Origin: the human T2T-CHM13v2.0 reference genome, Homo sapiens
Assembly (NCBI RefSeq): GCF_009914755.1
Contig: NC_060927.1
Strand: one strand, 5' to 3'
Length of the DNA: 64,000 nt
Position 1 is the first letter of the stretch, and each line of letters opens with the position of its first letter. The notes beneath the pieces are model-generated. The model did not search any database, had not been told where the DNA came from, and saw only the letters and a program-made list of their open reading frames with translations. Below are positions 62,843 through 64,000 of this stretch, one piece after another. A program made the position numbers and the translations under genes.

Positions 62843-64000
62843 TGAGAGGTGACAGTGTGCCGGCAGCCCTCGAAGCCCTCGCTCGCTCTTGGCGCCTCCT
62901 CGGCCTCGGCGCCCACTCTGGTCACGCTTGAGGAGCCCTTCAGCCCACCGCTGCACTGTGGGAGCCCCTTCCTGGGATGGTCGAGGCCGGAGCTGGCTCC
63001 CTCAGCCTGCGGGGAGGTGTGGAGGGACAGGCACCGGCGGGAACCGGGGCTGCGCACTGGCACTTCCCGGCCAGCTAGAGTTCTGGGTGGGCGTGGGCTT
63101 GGCAGTCCCGCACTCGGAGCGTCCGGCCTGCCCCACTGGCCCCGGGGCAGTGAAGGGCTTAGCACCCGGGCCAGCAGCTGCGGAGGGTGCGCCAGGTCCC
63201 CCAGCAGTACCGGCCCACCGGTGCTGAGCTCGATTTCTCGCCAGGCCTTAGAGGCCTCCCCGTGGGGCAGGACTCGGGACCTGCAGCCCACCATGCCTGC
63301 ACCTCCCCCCCCCACCCCACCCCCGGCTCCCCACCCTGGGCTCCTGCGCGGCCCGAGCCTCCCAACGAGCACCACCCCCTACTCCACGGCACGTGGTCCC
63401 ATCGACCGCTCAAGGGCTGAGGAGTGCGGATGCACAGCACGGGACTGGCAGGCAGCTCCACCTGTGGCCCCAGTGTGGGATCCACTGGGTGAAGCCAGCT
63501 GGGCTCCTGAGTCTAGTGGGGACTTGGAGAACCTTTATGTCTAGCTAAGGGATTGTAAATACACCAATCAGCATTCCGTATCTAGCTCAAGATTTGTAAA
63601 CACACCAATCAGCACCCTGTGTCTAGCTCAGGGTTTGTGGATGCACCAGTTGGCACTCTGTCTCTAGCTAATCTGGTGGGGACTTGGAGAATCTTTATGT
63701 CTAGCTAAGGGATTGTGAACGCATCAGTCGGCACTCTATCTAGCACAAGGTTTGTAAATGCACCAATCAACACTCTGTGTCTAGCTCAGGGTTTGTAAAT
63801 ACACCAATTGACACTCTGTATCTAGCTAATCTAGTGGGGAAGAGGAGAACTTTTGTGTCTAGCTCAGGGATTGTAAACGCACCAATCAGCACCCTGTCAA
63901 AACGGACCAATCAGCTCCCTGTAAAACAGCCCAATCAGCTCTCTGTAAAATGGACCAATCAGCAGGATGTGGGTGGGGCCAGATAAGAGAATAAAAGCAA
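62843..64000 (+). mobile_element. LTR12C (ERV9) LTR, U3 region, runs off the window end
   Basis: TGAGAGGTGACAG start; CpG-rich GAGGAGCCCTTCAGCCCACCGCTGCACTGTGGGAGCCCC; TCTAGCT/CACCAATCAGCAC tandem repeats. Confidence 0.97.
63520..64000 (+). promoter_or_regulatory. ERV9/LTR12 enhancer-promoter: tandem ~40-bp repeats with 8 CCAAT boxes, GT box, GATA site and AATAAA TATA-equivalent
   Basis: CCAAT counted 8 times between 63564 and 63959; terminal GGGTGGGGCCAGATAAGAGAATAAAAGC; the expected TSS lies just past the window. Confidence 0.8.

Noticed and set aside
62707-63544. Longest ORFs (222 aa on -, 231 aa on +)
   Set aside because: They lie in GC-rich LTR12C U3, where stop codons are rare; the Pro/Gly/Ala/Arg-rich translations show no domain
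63520-63965. Regularly spaced ~40-bp repeats resembling a CRISPR array
   Set aside because: These are the ERV9 LTR enhancer repeats; there are no unique spacers or cas genes and the DNA is primate

Overview
This is repeat-dense primate genomic DNA (AluY and LTR12C point to human or ape), intergenic or intronic. I see no protein-coding exon, rRNA/tRNA gene or CRISPR array. The ORF-track entries I could place are Alu, L1, ERV or LTR-derived; the rest are short frames with no recognisable protein similarity. Contents: 23 Alus; many MIR, L2, MaLR and ERVL LTR and DNA-transposon relics; a near full-length L1MA (32.6-39.3 kb) inserted into the integrase of a decayed minus-strand ERV-L provirus (gag-pro-RT-RNaseH-IN, ~31.1-43.8 kb, YIDD motif still readable); a second old L1 (57-62 kb); a U3 snoRNA retrocopy; a tailless 36-nt U2 snRNA retrocopy; an MLT2A1 LTR; and a CpG-rich LTR12C whose promoter points out of the right edge. 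I find no convincing new biological system. The best leads are several fold-back/template-switch scars (including a perfect 30-bp inverted repeat), tiny TSD-flanked retro-insertions, a U3-Alu composite and the LTR12C promoter. Family names come from my recall of consensus sequences, not from a database search, and boundaries of old repeats are approximate.
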